From: a virus
Taxonomy: Duplodnaviria > Heunggongvirae > Uroviricota > Caudoviricetes
Direction: 5' to 3' (one strand)
Length of the DNA stretch: 64,000 nt
IMG/VR virus record: IMGVR_UViG_3300012983_000002
Under the pieces are notes generated by a model. The model ran no database searches, was not told the origin of the DNA, and saw only the letters and a list, made by a program, of their open reading frames with translations. Shown here in pieces: positions 28,071 through 37,647 of the stretch. Both the position numbers and the translations under genes were made by a program. Within the stretch, counting starts at the first letter, position 1. Every line of letters starts with the position of its first letter.

Positions 28071-29249
28071 TTAGCCGAATAGATAACCTACGACGGAGGC
28101 TGCCTTAGCTACGCCCTCCTCGACTGCAGGATCCATGGGAGCTTCTTCGGCAGGCACCGGCTCTTCAGCACCGGCTCCACCGTCCATAATAGCCTGGGCG
28201 ATAGCAGCGGCTTCGTCCTGACTGATCTCTCCGGAGGCTACAGCCTGCTCAAGATATGCTGCGATTTCGTCGAGAGTCACCTGACCGTCCTGCGCGGTAG
28301 CAGCTAAAATAGCTTCTGCCTCCTCAGGAGCGATCTCGCCAGACTGAACCATTTCCTGAATCACCTGGAGTACATCTTCGTCAGACATACCAGCTTCTTC
28401 AGTACCGGGAATCTCAGGGGCAGCTCCGGCTTCCATAGCCTGAGCGGCCTGTTCTCCGTCTACAGCACCCTGAGCGTAAGCCTGCTTCTCGATAGCGGTC
28501 TGGAAGTAGTTAAGCCATGCATTGTGAGATTCAGCACAAACGCTGGCCTGCTTAGCGAAGACATCTGCTTCAGAATCCTGAGCAGGTGTAGGCTCCTCGT
28601 GACTGCTTTCCTCTTCCATAGCGGAAGCCATCTTGATAGCCTGTTCGCGTGCGGCAGTGATCAGAGAAGCGGCCTCCTCCTCACCACAACGACGTTCCAG
28701 GACCTCAGCTACAGCCTGAGCACCTTCCTCGCAACCAACCATCATAGCACCAATACTGGCAAGCTTACGCATGATGTCTTCGTTCTGAGTAAGGTCAGAG
28801 GGCATGTCGAACTCGTGGGCTGCTTCCTTTACAGGGGCTGCAGGTTCAGCTACAGGCTCAGCGGCAGACTGCAGAGCAACTACGCTCTCACGAAGCATGT
28901 TAGCGATCTTGTCAAGGGGAGCGGTCGGAGTAGTAGCGGCCTTATCCTTGGCATCACCGTTAATAGGAGTGATGTAGTGTCCCTGACCTACGCCATCGGG
29001 GCTAGTCTCACCCATCAGATTATGACCCTTATCAGCATCGCCAAAATTGCTCTTGTTAGCGGGAAGCTGCAGCTTAGCACGATCGTTACCGTCGTGATGA
29101 GCCGGAGGAGCAACCACGCCCTGCTCGTTAGGATCCTTGATGCCCGTGAGTGCTTCTTCGTCGGCAGCCACCTTCACAGAAGCGCTCTTGACTCTCTCTC
29201 TGGCGGAGTTGAGCCAATCATTGAATAGTAGTGTATTTTTATTACTCAT
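28071..29249 (-). CDS. Putative prohead scaffolding protein
   Basis: Very acidic and Ala/Glu-rich, between protease and capsid genes; about ten K-x-A motifs. Confidence 0.65.
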   Translation of the reverse strand: MSNKNTLLFNDWLNSARERVKSASVKVAADEEALTGIKDPNEQGVVAPPAHHDGNDRAKLQLPANKSNFGDADKGHNLMGETSPDGVGQGHYITPINGDAKDKAATTPTAPLDKIANMLRESVVALQSAAEPVAEPAAPVKEAAHEFDMPSDLTQNEDIMRKLASIGAMMVGCEEGAQAVAEVLERRCGEEEAASLITAAREQAIKMASAMEEESSHEEPTPAQDSEADVFAKQASVCAESHNAWLNYFQTAIEKQAYAQGAVDGEQAAQAMEAGAAPEIPGTEEAGMSDEDVLQVIQEMVQSGEIAPEEAEAILAATAQDGQVTLDEIAAYLEQAVASGEISQDEAAAIAQAIMDGGAGAEEPVPAEEAPMDPAVEEGVAKAASVVGYLFG

Positions 29250-29311
29250 ATTAGTTAAGTTTTGGTGGCTGCTTAATAGTACAGCCTGCTAAGAATTATT
29301 TTATATATATT

Positions 29312-30841
29312 TTAATCTCTGTCAAATACCAAAACGGAATTTGCACCAGCGATCATATCGTAAGTATTATCGTTAATAAAATCAGCACCTTTACGGTCTC
29401 TAATGTCGCATAAAGCTCTTACTTGATACTGTCCATAAGCATTAGCAAGAGCCGCGGCATCATTATACGAGACATTAGAAGCTGCAGCCTTCTGGAATTT
29501 ATCTTCCACAGCACCTGGTATAGCGATCTTAATCACTATTGTCAACACGCGTTGCTTGACAGGTTCTGCCTCGATAGAGAATTTATCTTCTGCCTTATCC
29601 ATAAAGTTCTGTACAAGATCTGCTCTCTTAGGATCCTGACAGCATACACGATCGCTAGATCCACAGAATTCAGACATCATAGAATGACAAGGCATCATAG
29701 TACTCATCATATCACGGAAGATACTCGGAAGCACTAAAGCTGCCTTCTTACACAGAGGGGACTCAGGAGCATTAACATCTCCAGAAACATACTGACAAAA
29801 CGCAGGGAACGAAAGCACACATGCACGTTTAGCCATCTCACCGAATAAAGTACCTGGATTTACTGAGCGTACAAGGTCGAGCTCATCAGATGCTAATTTC
29901 TCGAGCATAGCAAACGGGTAACTTCCGTAACAAGCATTAGCTCGAGCGTCTGTATAGAAATTATTTGCATTCTTTACGTCCGCAATGTATTCCTCAGCGG
30001 AAGCCAACTTAGAAAGCACAAGATGTTCATCCAAGGCAAGAGTATTACCCAGATTTACACCTTCGATCATGGCTGCTACAGCACCAGGCACGCATACGTC
30101 AGAATCAGCAGAGGCAGCCTTGCACATGTGTGATGCTGCTTTTTCAACTTCACCACCATCTGCAAACATATACTCCAGGTGTCGTGCTATACGGTCAGCT
30201 GGATTCTTTACACGGGAGATATCGAAGAAAGTAGGCTCGTCATTATAAGCGAAAGCATACTTATTAAATCCTTCCATGTACTGCCCCATGTGATTCTTAA
30301 GACAGTCGCAATAATTAGCGATGGTCTTAGCTTCATTACCGCAGCAAGAACAACGATCGTTAGGAACGCGGCAAGACATAGAGAAGTTAAGAGCATTTCC
30401 CTGCTTGGCCATTTCGTATTCCTCCTCGGCCTTATTCTTATCCATGTGTACAAGAATTTCTACACGCTGCATACCCTTAGGATCGTAAGCTGCATACTTG
30501 ATTTCACCGATAGACTTCTTAGGATCCTTATTAGCATGCTCACGGTACATCTTCCCATGCGTTACGAATGTATGAGCGCGTTTCTCTAACACATCACCAG
30601 AGAACCAGTCACCATTACGGTTAAATCCGTACTGATCTGAGTTACCCATACCGATAAGGTGGATAAGAACCTTACTGTCATCGGTAGGACGATACTCTTC
30701 CAGGAGACTCTTGTTTATGAGCTGTGAGGCGGCAGACTTAACTCCACTTTCAAGTTCGATGAGGTTTACCATAGCTTCGCCGTTAGCGGCTACAGCATTC
30801 ATAAACTCTTCGTTACTGTCCTGATAAATAATTTTATCCAT
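29312..30841 (-). CDS. Prohead maturation protease (HK97/assemblin-like serine protease) with a Cys-rich insertion
   Basis: NRNGDWF, YREHANK (candidate catalytic His), SIGEI, NFSMSC (candidate catalytic Ser), CSCCGN...CDC, FFDISRVKNPAD; position upstream of scaffold and capsid. Confidence 0.75.
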   Translation of the reverse strand: MDKIIYQDSNEEFMNAVAANGEAMVNLIELESGVKSAASQLINKSLLEEYRPTDDSKVLIHLIGMGNSDQYGFNRNGDWFSGDVLEKRAHTFVTHGKMYREHANKDPKKSIGEIKYAAYDPKGMQRVEILVHMDKNKAEEEYEMAKQGNALNFSMSCRVPNDRCSCCGNEAKTIANYCDCLKNHMGQYMEGFNKYAFAYNDEPTFFDISRVKNPADRIARHLEYMFADGGEVEKAASHMCKAASADSDVCVPGAVAAMIEGVNLGNTLALDEHLVLSKLASAEEYIADVKNANNFYTDARANACYGSYPFAMLEKLASDELDLVRSVNPGTLFGEMAKRACVLSFPAFCQYVSGDVNAPESPLCKKAALVLPSIFRDMMSTMMPCHSMMSEFCGSSDRVCCQDPKRADLVQNFMDKAEDKFSIEAEPVKQRVLTIVIKIAIPGAVEDKFQKAAASNVSYNDAAALANAYGQYQVRALCDIRDRKGADFINDNTYDMIAGANSVLVFDRD

Positions 30842-30846
30842 AACTA

Positions 30847-31644
30847 TTATTCGTGCAGAGAACTACCAAACAGACTACCTATAGCACTACCTGTAGCATC
30901 AGCAATCTCTGGAAGAAGTAATCCACCTGCTGTTAATCCTAAAGCTAACTTATTCGTCTTAGCTCTGTGAATATACTTAGCAAGTGTATCTGGATTTACT
31001 TTAAGCTTATTAGCTACAGATTCTACATGCTTATTCTTGCCGAGTATATCCCTGATAGCATTAGCTGTATCATCTATACCAGTTAGCTTGTTATCCTTGA
31101 TAGCTGCCGGATCTACACCTGTATCTGTTATCCATTCACGAAGAGCCTTTGTATCTTTACCCCAGGCTTTTTCTATAATCTCCTTTTCTGCTGCGTTGTT
31201 GGTAGGATCATTCAATACCTCTATCAGACGCGTCTTATTCATAGGAGTATCACCGAATACTTGCTTTATAGCCTTATCGTTCTTCTTATTCTGCAGCATG
31301 ATACCTCCTCCAGCACCAGCTGCCAGGCCTAGTGTGCGCACAGGAGCCGAGTGTATAGCAGCATGCATAGGCGACTCATCATCTTCAGGTAAAGCTGTTT
31401 TGAGTTTATTAATACCGTAACTACCAGCTCCAAATGCAGCCGAAGCTAATCCGCCAGTAATCAAAGCATTCTTGAGGCGCTTCTTAAATTTCTCTGAGGC
31501 AGAATCGGTTTCATCAACATCAGTAAACGCAGCGCCACCGAGAGCTCCCAGACCACCAGTGGCAGCTAGACCTGTAACAATACCAGGATTTTCTTCGATG
31601 AAAGCTTTTGCTTTGTCTAGTAATTGAGATGCGAGCTTATTCAT
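30847..31644 (-). CDS. Putative internal head protein with glycine-zipper hydrophobic segments
   Basis: Starts MNKLAS; GLAATGGLGALGG, ITGGLASAAFGAG, LGLAAGAGGG. Confidence 0.55.
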   Translation of the reverse strand: MNKLASQLLDKAKAFIEENPGIVTGLAATGGLGALGGAAFTDVDETDSASEKFKKRLKNALITGGLASAAFGAGSYGINKLKTALPEDDESPMHAAIHSAPVRTLGLAAGAGGGIMLQNKKNDKAIKQVFGDTPMNKTRLIEVLNDPTNNAAEKEIIEKAWGKDTKALREWITDTGVDPAAIKDNKLTGIDDTANAIRDILGKNKHVESVANKLKVNPDTLAKYIHRAKTNKLALGLTAGGLLLPEIADATGSAIGSLFGSSLHE

Positions 31645-31645
31645 A

Positions 31646-33178
31646 TTAAAGGCTATATTTATTACGTTCTACGTTAGAGCGTGCGAGATCATTACTTAAT
31701 AACTGTCCTTCTAACTTAGATACGTCAGCTAGAATATTAACGGGCACTGATCCATACTGCAAGGCTTCCTTAAGCGCAGGTCCCATCTTTCCTGGATCTG
31801 TGGCCAGTGTTGGGCTTACGCTAGCGATAGTGTTGAATAATTCGCGCACCTCTGCAGGATCAGCCTCTGAAATAACGTCGTCAGACAGCATCAATTGCTG
31901 TAGTGTGGTATCCATCTGAGCCTGACGTATTGCATTGTCGATAGTCTTTGCGCGAGTGTCGCTCTTAGGTCCGATGTAGTTAAGAAGTGCCTCTAATTCC
32001 TTTACAGGTTTAGTATTTAAAATATCTTCCTGCTCCAGTGCAAACTTATTAGCACTCATAGCATCAATAAGGGCGGTTATATCCTCGACAGGCTTTGGTG
32101 TATAGTCTTCACCCTCGTCCTCTTTACTCTTCTTAGGAGCATCTTTGTCATTATTCGTGTTTGAAGGAACAGCATTGCCGCCTGCTGCCGGAGCATTTCC
32201 CCGCTGAGCTTGCGCTCTATTTCTATTACGTCTATTAGGCTGTGCTACAGCAGGAGGAGTAGCTGGTACTACTACAGGGGCAGCTTGAGCAGGTGCTGCC
32301 GGTACAATTACTACTGGCTGCTGTGTAGATACTTTTTCAAACATATCCTGCAACTCTGCGATCTCTTTGGCTAATTTAATAATGCCGTGACGATCGCAGG
32401 CAAGATTTCTAGTAAAGGCACGCTTAGAGAAATCCTCGTAAGTGTCGTAAGAATGATGTACATTTTCAAAATATTCTTCTACTGCAGCAATTACGGCAGC
32501 AGACTTCTCTCCTAATATATCTGTGATATCTTCGGCAGCCTCAGCCCAACGTCCGTCATCAGGTGTAAGTTTATATTTGATGGAAGCGCACTTCTCTGTG
32601 ATCTCCATAGGAATCTCGAAAAGAAGCTGATCAATAGTATCCTGAGCCAGTCCCATCTCATAAGTTCCCTCTATAAGAGACTTAGTAGAAGCTGACTTAT
32701 TCCACTGCCAAGTATTAGATCTATCAGAAATATCAATCTGCATTTCTTCCTGGTCCGTATCATCTACAGTACCGCTAGCTATCTGATCGAAAACAAGCTT
32801 ACTCAGATCAGGTAAGGCACTAGCAGACTTAGTAGTAGTTAAACAAGCTCCCCAACCGTCCGCATCATCGAACAGGCTATCAACCTTTTCGTGAACTTTC
32901 TTTGACTTATTAGACAGAGTCTTCTCCGGGGAGTACGTGGCGTACTTAGAGATTAGACTAGGAACGTCTACAATTTTGAACGAATCGCCGCGATTAGCCT
33001 GTTTCTCTAATCCAACGATAGTCTTCGCCGTGTTAAAGGTCTGACCTAGTTTCTCCAACTGTGCCGGGGATAGATTGTGTGCCTCAGCGCACTTCAGCAT
33101 TGTTCCTTCCGGATCCTTAGAACTAATGATATCCGGCATTATGGAGTTAAGAAGATTGATAGTTTCTCTCTGATTCAC
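31646..33178 (-). CDS. Putative internal head protein
   Basis: 510 aa, GTG start, several K-x-A motifs (EKQA, TKSAS, NKSAS, EKCAS, EKSAA). Confidence 0.6.
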   Translation of the reverse strand: MNQRETINLLNSIMPDIISSKDPEGTMLKCAEAHNLSPAQLEKLGQTFNTAKTIVGLEKQANRGDSFKIVDVPSLISKYATYSPEKTLSNKSKKVHEKVDSLFDDADGWGACLTTTKSASALPDLSKLVFDQIASGTVDDTDQEEMQIDISDRSNTWQWNKSASTKSLIEGTYEMGLAQDTIDQLLFEIPMEITEKCASIKYKLTPDDGRWAEAAEDITDILGEKSAAVIAAVEEYFENVHHSYDTYEDFSKRAFTRNLACDRHGIIKLAKEIAELQDMFEKVSTQQPVVIVPAAPAQAAPVVVPATPPAVAQPNRRNRNRAQAQRGNAPAAGGNAVPSNTNNDKDAPKKSKEDEGEDYTPKPVEDITALIDAMSANKFALEQEDILNTKPVKELEALLNYIGPKSDTRAKTIDNAIRQAQMDTTLQQLMLSDDVISEADPAEVRELFNTIASVSPTLATDPGKMGPALKEALQYGSVPVNILADVSKLEGQLLSNDLARSNVERNKYSL

Positions 33179-33213
33179 AATTTAATTATGTTTGATTTTA
33201 AATCCAATATCAA
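33179..33213 (-). promoter_or_regulatory. sigma70-like promoter, predicted leaderless mRNA
   Basis: TTGATA-17nt-CATAAT-6nt-GTG. Confidence 0.55.
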
Positions 33214-33214
33214 A

Positions 33215-34132
33215 TTAAGAGTTATTAACAGGTGTTACAGGTAATACATTCATTGCGCGAGCCGCAGAGATCATCTGAGCCTTCTGCTGACCCAGACGAA
33301 CAAGTTCTCGATGTACAGTATCGCCAAGTGTAAGTGTACCTGCATTTCTATTAATTTCTCCATTACCCATTTTAGAAGCCTGCATGGACAGACGTGCATT
33401 AGTGATCGGTACAGCATTTTGACGCTGATGCATCCAACCATAAGAAGCGTACAAGCATCCATCCGCCATAAACATATCATCCAGCATACTGGCACCTTCG
33501 GCTGCAGATTTACCCGCGTAAGGATTAGGACCTAAACCAGCAGCGTACAATACATGACTATAACCATGCACATAACCAGCACGAAGTAAAAGATCAGATA
33601 ATCCAGTATTCTCCAGGTAACTCTCGAATGCTTCTGTAATACGACCTTCAGGGAATACGAGATTTGCTATATACGAGTGATCTTTCTTTCTATCTATTAC
33701 ATTAAAGAATAATTTCTCGTACGCTTTAACTACATCAAGAGGTATAGATAAGTTTTCAGCAACAAACTCACAATCCACCTTATCTGATATTAAAAGAGCT
33801 CTTACCTGGTTTCTTGTATTAGCCCTTGTATCCGTATTTAGAGAAAGGGCTCCAGATATAACAGGATCGTCTGCTCCTAAAATATATCTGTAAGCCCTCC
33901 ATACTATTAAATCATCTCCTCTAAGAATTGCTGGAAAGGGAGTATCCGCTGCTGCCATATCTGCTGCAAAATCCCAACCAAATTGCAAATTCTTATGACA
34001 CTCCGCGTAGTGAATAATGTCCGAAGCATTCTGTGGAGATAATCCTTTAATATCCGAACAAGCACTTAACCTCGCCGCATTCTTGCTACGAGGTTTATAC
34101 CACGCTAATTGCGCTATAGTTTGAGCCTGCAT
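33215..34132 (-). CDS. Hypothetical protein with a possible helix-turn-helix
   Basis: VDCEFVAENLSIPLDVVKAYEKLFF is HTH-like; no family recognised. Confidence 0.65.
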   Translation of the reverse strand: MQAQTIAQLAWYKPRSKNAARLSACSDIKGLSPQNASDIIHYAECHKNLQFGWDFAADMAAADTPFPAILRGDDLIVWRAYRYILGADDPVISGALSLNTDTRANTRNQVRALLISDKVDCEFVAENLSIPLDVVKAYEKLFFNVIDRKKDHSYIANLVFPEGRITEAFESYLENTGLSDLLLRAGYVHGYSHVLYAAGLGPNPYAGKSAAEGASMLDDMFMADGCLYASYGWMHQRQNAVPITNARLSMQASKMGNGEINRNAGTLTLGDTVHRELVRLGQQKAQMISAARAMNVLPVTPVNNS

Positions 34133-34167
34133 TAGATTTAGTCTAATGCAGGCTCAGATTATGTCAA
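34122..34167 (-). promoter_or_regulatory. Promoter plus perfect 15-bp inverted repeat covering the start codon
   Basis: TTGACA-16nt-TAGACT-7nt-ATG; TGAGCCTGCATTAGA-5nt-TCTAATGCAGGCTCA at 34122-34156. Confidence 0.7.
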
Positions 34168-34173
34168 ATTAAT

Positions 34174-36753
34174 TTACTGATTTTCGAACTTAACGTCAGC
34201 CTTCTTGTTCTTTTCTGCCTTTCTGATCAGTTTAAGAAGTAAGGCTCCAAGTTCTTCGAAGTTAGTGTCAACTTCTGCTTCGAGACTAGCCATATCATCT
34301 CTACCGTATGCCTTCTCGAAATCGTCAGGTCTCCAATGAAGAAGGAACTTAGTACGACCAAGCGCGTCCACACCCTCTTCCAGCTTAGGAATATACTTAT
34401 CAATCATAGTGATAGCGTTAAACGTATCAGCTAGTGTACCGATCATTCCGTGCTCAAACACGTGTGGCAGGTGATAAGTGTCAGCCAGTGCGCGAAGATC
34501 TTCTGGAGCTGTAGTAGCTACCGTAAGATCTGGTAACCCTGTAGCTGTAGTCGGATTCATCATATCTCCTATAGCAGATGCTGGAGACATTTCCTGATCT
34601 CCCTGTACACGAAGTTTGTACTTCTTAGTAGGCTGCATAGGAATTCCAAACTCAGAGTCGAACTCATCGTCGAAAATAGGCCTATCGACTAAGGTGAGAC
34701 GGGAAGCAATCTTCTCTGTAGGTTGTAAGTAGAACTCATTAGAGCCAGCCTTATCAACATAATCAAGCATTGTGTATGCGGTATTTGCTGACATTCCCAT
34801 ATCACGTGCCATCTTTACGAGAGCCTCCAAGCGACTCATACGTTCAGATTTGTTACCCCACGAATCACTGAACACATATGCTTTCTTCTCCTGATTCACC
34901 GAACTCTCCACCTTAACCTTTGTGGCGTGGAACTTGGAGAACAACCAGTTGTTAAGTGTACTGTGAGATCCTATAGTTCCAAGTTTATCAAACTCGTAGT
35001 GCCCTCCCTTACTCCATGAATCCATTTCATGTCCAAACTTTCCTGATACACGCACAAACTTGGCGTCTGCACCGAATACACCATTAACAATCTCAGACTT
35101 ATCGATATCCCTGTTAATAATAATATCCTTTGTATCGTGCTTAGAAATGTACATTCCTGGAGTCCAGTAGCGAGTAGATACTATCTCGGCCTTAGTAACA
35201 CCATCAACAGTCTTTGTATTAAGAACGGCAATAGGTCCTACGAACTTATCGTTTACGTATACAAAATACGCATTACGTGGTTCTACCGTGTTACGCAGCA
35301 CTCCGCTATCTTTAAGTTCTCCTGTATAGATACCGTATACATTCTTATTAAACTTAGTGATCTTACCATCCTTAATAGCCACCTTATCAGGAACTTCTCT
35401 ATTCCAATCCCTACCACTGCAGCGGCAGATAGCTGGCCTATCACAATAAGAAATATCGTCATCCTCCCCAACAACAATATCGCTGATAGGAGCAACAATA
35501 ACATTGTCGATGAAATCTCCATCGGAAGTAAGAAGACTATATACACCAGGAGTATCTGGAGCAGTTACATTACCAGGAGCTTCTTCGTAAACTACGGACA
35601 TTGTCTCTGCTGGACGAGTATCCTTGATATAGAATCCGTCTGCAAAGTACTTCATGCTAACGCTAGCAGACTTCTCTAGTTCATCTGTAGCGTAATGAAT
35701 CTCCAGACCTCCCTCTTCCGTAGAGGCTTGTTTCTCCTCGTAATTGGAAGGGAACAGGTCGGCAGGGTTCGGATAGAGGCCCGCAAGCGCGTCGGCAAAT
35801 TTATATTCAGAAGCAGCCTCAAGAATAACCTCAGAGGCAACCTTACCAATACCAGGCTCTTTGAGGAATTCCTTAAGTAGTCCTTCAGATGATGCCTGCT
35901 TCTCTACAGCATCCAGCATCATATCCCACTGTGAGGAATTATCTGGAATATCAGTAAAGAAAGCTTGCTTAAGCATCACAGCGTAGTCTTTATTCACATA
36001 TACTTCCAGACCTTCAGCTTTAATAGTAGTAGCCTCCCCGCTCTGAATAGCTTCGGCTGCTTGTTTTGACAGGTAACCAACTTCCGCATCATCGAGAGAG
36101 ATACGGATAGTACCGTCGTCAGCAGAAGCCATCTTAAGGACGCTGCAACCATTACTAAGCTTAGGTTGCTGACCTGGTTTGGTATCCAGACTCTTCTGAA
36201 TCTCATACACTCCGCGAATTTTATCGCTAGCTGTGGTTACAGGTTTAACCTCGCAGCAGCAACAAGTGCAATCGTCATCACAACAAGTATCGCTAGAAGC
36301 AGCTTTTCCCATACCCTTGGCTGGATTGAAAGAAAGACGTTGCATCTGTACCAGCGGAGCTGATTCGTTCAGTGATGATTTAGAACGACTCTTTCCGTCT
36401 CTACGTTCTATAGACTCAATCAGATAAGAAGCCCATTCCTTATCCGCAGGAACGAACATCTTATTAGCAGAACGATAAAGAAGAGGTCCTTTAATTTCTC
36501 CGTTAATAAAGAACACAGGAGCAAAGATGAGATCCTTATCAACTCGGAAGGCAAATACACCAACCATACGAGTATTCGAATCATTCTTCTTAACAATTTC
36601 GAAGCCGATGCGATACTCGTCCTTCATAAGATCTCCCACCTTATTTTCTACGAAGCCTGATGCCTGGTCACTGAAGGCTTTCTCAATGTCCAGGTCATTG
36701 GCGGCCGTCATAGACGCCTGCTTTCTCCAATCGGAACTAATAAATGGATTCAT
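34174..36753 (-). CDS. Large putative head/core protein
   Basis: 859 aa with more than ten K-x-A motifs (RKQAS, GKAAS, LKMAS, EKQAS twice, GKVAS, EKSAS, EKIAS) and a Cys cluster TCCDDDCTCCCC. Confidence 0.65.
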   Translation of the reverse strand: MNPFISSDWRKQASMTAANDLDIEKAFSDQASGFVENKVGDLMKDEYRIGFEIVKKNDSNTRMVGVFAFRVDKDLIFAPVFFINGEIKGPLLYRSANKMFVPADKEWASYLIESIERRDGKSRSKSSLNESAPLVQMQRLSFNPAKGMGKAASSDTCCDDDCTCCCCEVKPVTTASDKIRGVYEIQKSLDTKPGQQPKLSNGCSVLKMASADDGTIRISLDDAEVGYLSKQAAEAIQSGEATTIKAEGLEVYVNKDYAVMLKQAFFTDIPDNSSQWDMMLDAVEKQASSEGLLKEFLKEPGIGKVASEVILEAASEYKFADALAGLYPNPADLFPSNYEEKQASTEEGGLEIHYATDELEKSASVSMKYFADGFYIKDTRPAETMSVVYEEAPGNVTAPDTPGVYSLLTSDGDFIDNVIVAPISDIVVGEDDDISYCDRPAICRCSGRDWNREVPDKVAIKDGKITKFNKNVYGIYTGELKDSGVLRNTVEPRNAYFVYVNDKFVGPIAVLNTKTVDGVTKAEIVSTRYWTPGMYISKHDTKDIIINRDIDKSEIVNGVFGADAKFVRVSGKFGHEMDSWSKGGHYEFDKLGTIGSHSTLNNWLFSKFHATKVKVESSVNQEKKAYVFSDSWGNKSERMSRLEALVKMARDMGMSANTAYTMLDYVDKAGSNEFYLQPTEKIASRLTLVDRPIFDDEFDSEFGIPMQPTKKYKLRVQGDQEMSPASAIGDMMNPTTATGLPDLTVATTAPEDLRALADTYHLPHVFEHGMIGTLADTFNAITMIDKYIPKLEEGVDALGRTKFLLHWRPDDFEKAYGRDDMASLEAEVDTNFEELGALLLKLIRKAEKNKKADVKFENQ

Positions 36754-36763
36754 AATTTAGATT

Positions 36764-37630
36764 TTAAACTGTTCTTAAAATATCAGCGAGAGCTTTATCC
36801 TTATCGGTATCCCCAGTACTGGTAAGAGGACGCCCTAAAGTTCTAGCAAGTTGATCCAATGCTTGAGAGCGGTACCTAGATGCTGCTGTATCAGGAGAAA
36901 ACAGATAACCTAGACGATCAGTAAACTTCATATTAGCCAGAGCATCAGAAGTAGCGTCAATAGCCGACCGCGCTCCCTGGGCTGCGGAATCAGCATAACC
37001 TTTTGCGATGCCCTCCATACCTTTACCTACTCCTGTCATTGCGAGACCCATAGGAGTCGCATAACTAAATGCAAGGTTCGCTGGAGAGTATTCATTCATC
37101 GTAAAATGATAAAACGGATTAATAGCGTTAGCACCGTGTAACAATTTATACGCAGTAGTATCAGTGCCTCCGTCTACCATCTGAAACGGCATCTCTAGCA
37201 TACCTCCGCCAAGTCCAGCATACGCCGTATACTTGAGACCCTTAGAAACAGCTCTACCTGGTTTGTAGGATGGGAAGGCAGCATTTAACTCATTCGTACC
37301 GTACCTGTTAAGTTTAGCGGCCCAACGGCGCATAATACGTGAATTATTATACGCCTTGCCTGCAAGATCCCCTACTTTTCCTCTGAAAGTGTCAGAGCCA
37401 TACCTCTTATAATGACCGCCGAAGCCAGGGTCATCAAGTACGCCTTTGTATCTTTTGCTATAGTTTACAACACCGTCAGGGTCTATATATAGCCCGTCAG
37501 GTTTAAGAGCCTTGGTGGCCTTGCCTGTTAACCACTTCCACTGAGATCCTACGAAATCGTCCGCAATATTAAGTGCTCGACCTAGAGCCTGCGCGCCGAG
37601 ACCTACGATACCTCTGCCAAGCGTCCGCAT
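36764..37630 (-). CDS. Putative internal head (ejected) protein
   Basis: Basic, Gly/Ala-rich with hydrophobic segments; in the head-protein block. Confidence 0.55.
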   Translation of the reverse strand: MRTLGRGIVGLGAQALGRALNIADDFVGSQWKWLTGKATKALKPDGLYIDPDGVVNYSKRYKGVLDDPGFGGHYKRYGSDTFRGKVGDLAGKAYNNSRIMRRWAAKLNRYGTNELNAAFPSYKPGRAVSKGLKYTAYAGLGGGMLEMPFQMVDGGTDTTAYKLLHGANAINPFYHFTMNEYSPANLAFSYATPMGLAMTGVGKGMEGIAKGYADSAAQGARSAIDATSDALANMKFTDRLGYLFSPDTAASRYRSQALDQLARTLGRPLTSTGDTDKDKALADILRTV

Positions 37631-37647
37631 ACAATACCTATCAATAG

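Noticed and set aside
28524-29228. 234-aa plus-strand ORF and the many similar antisense ORFs
   Set aside because: They lie wholly within well-supported minus-strand genes and show no protein-like motifs; codon bias explains the open antisense frames.
31646-36753. Portal or terminase assignment for the large head-region ORFs
   Set aside because: No Walker motifs, nuclease motifs or portal features were recognisable; left as putative head proteins.
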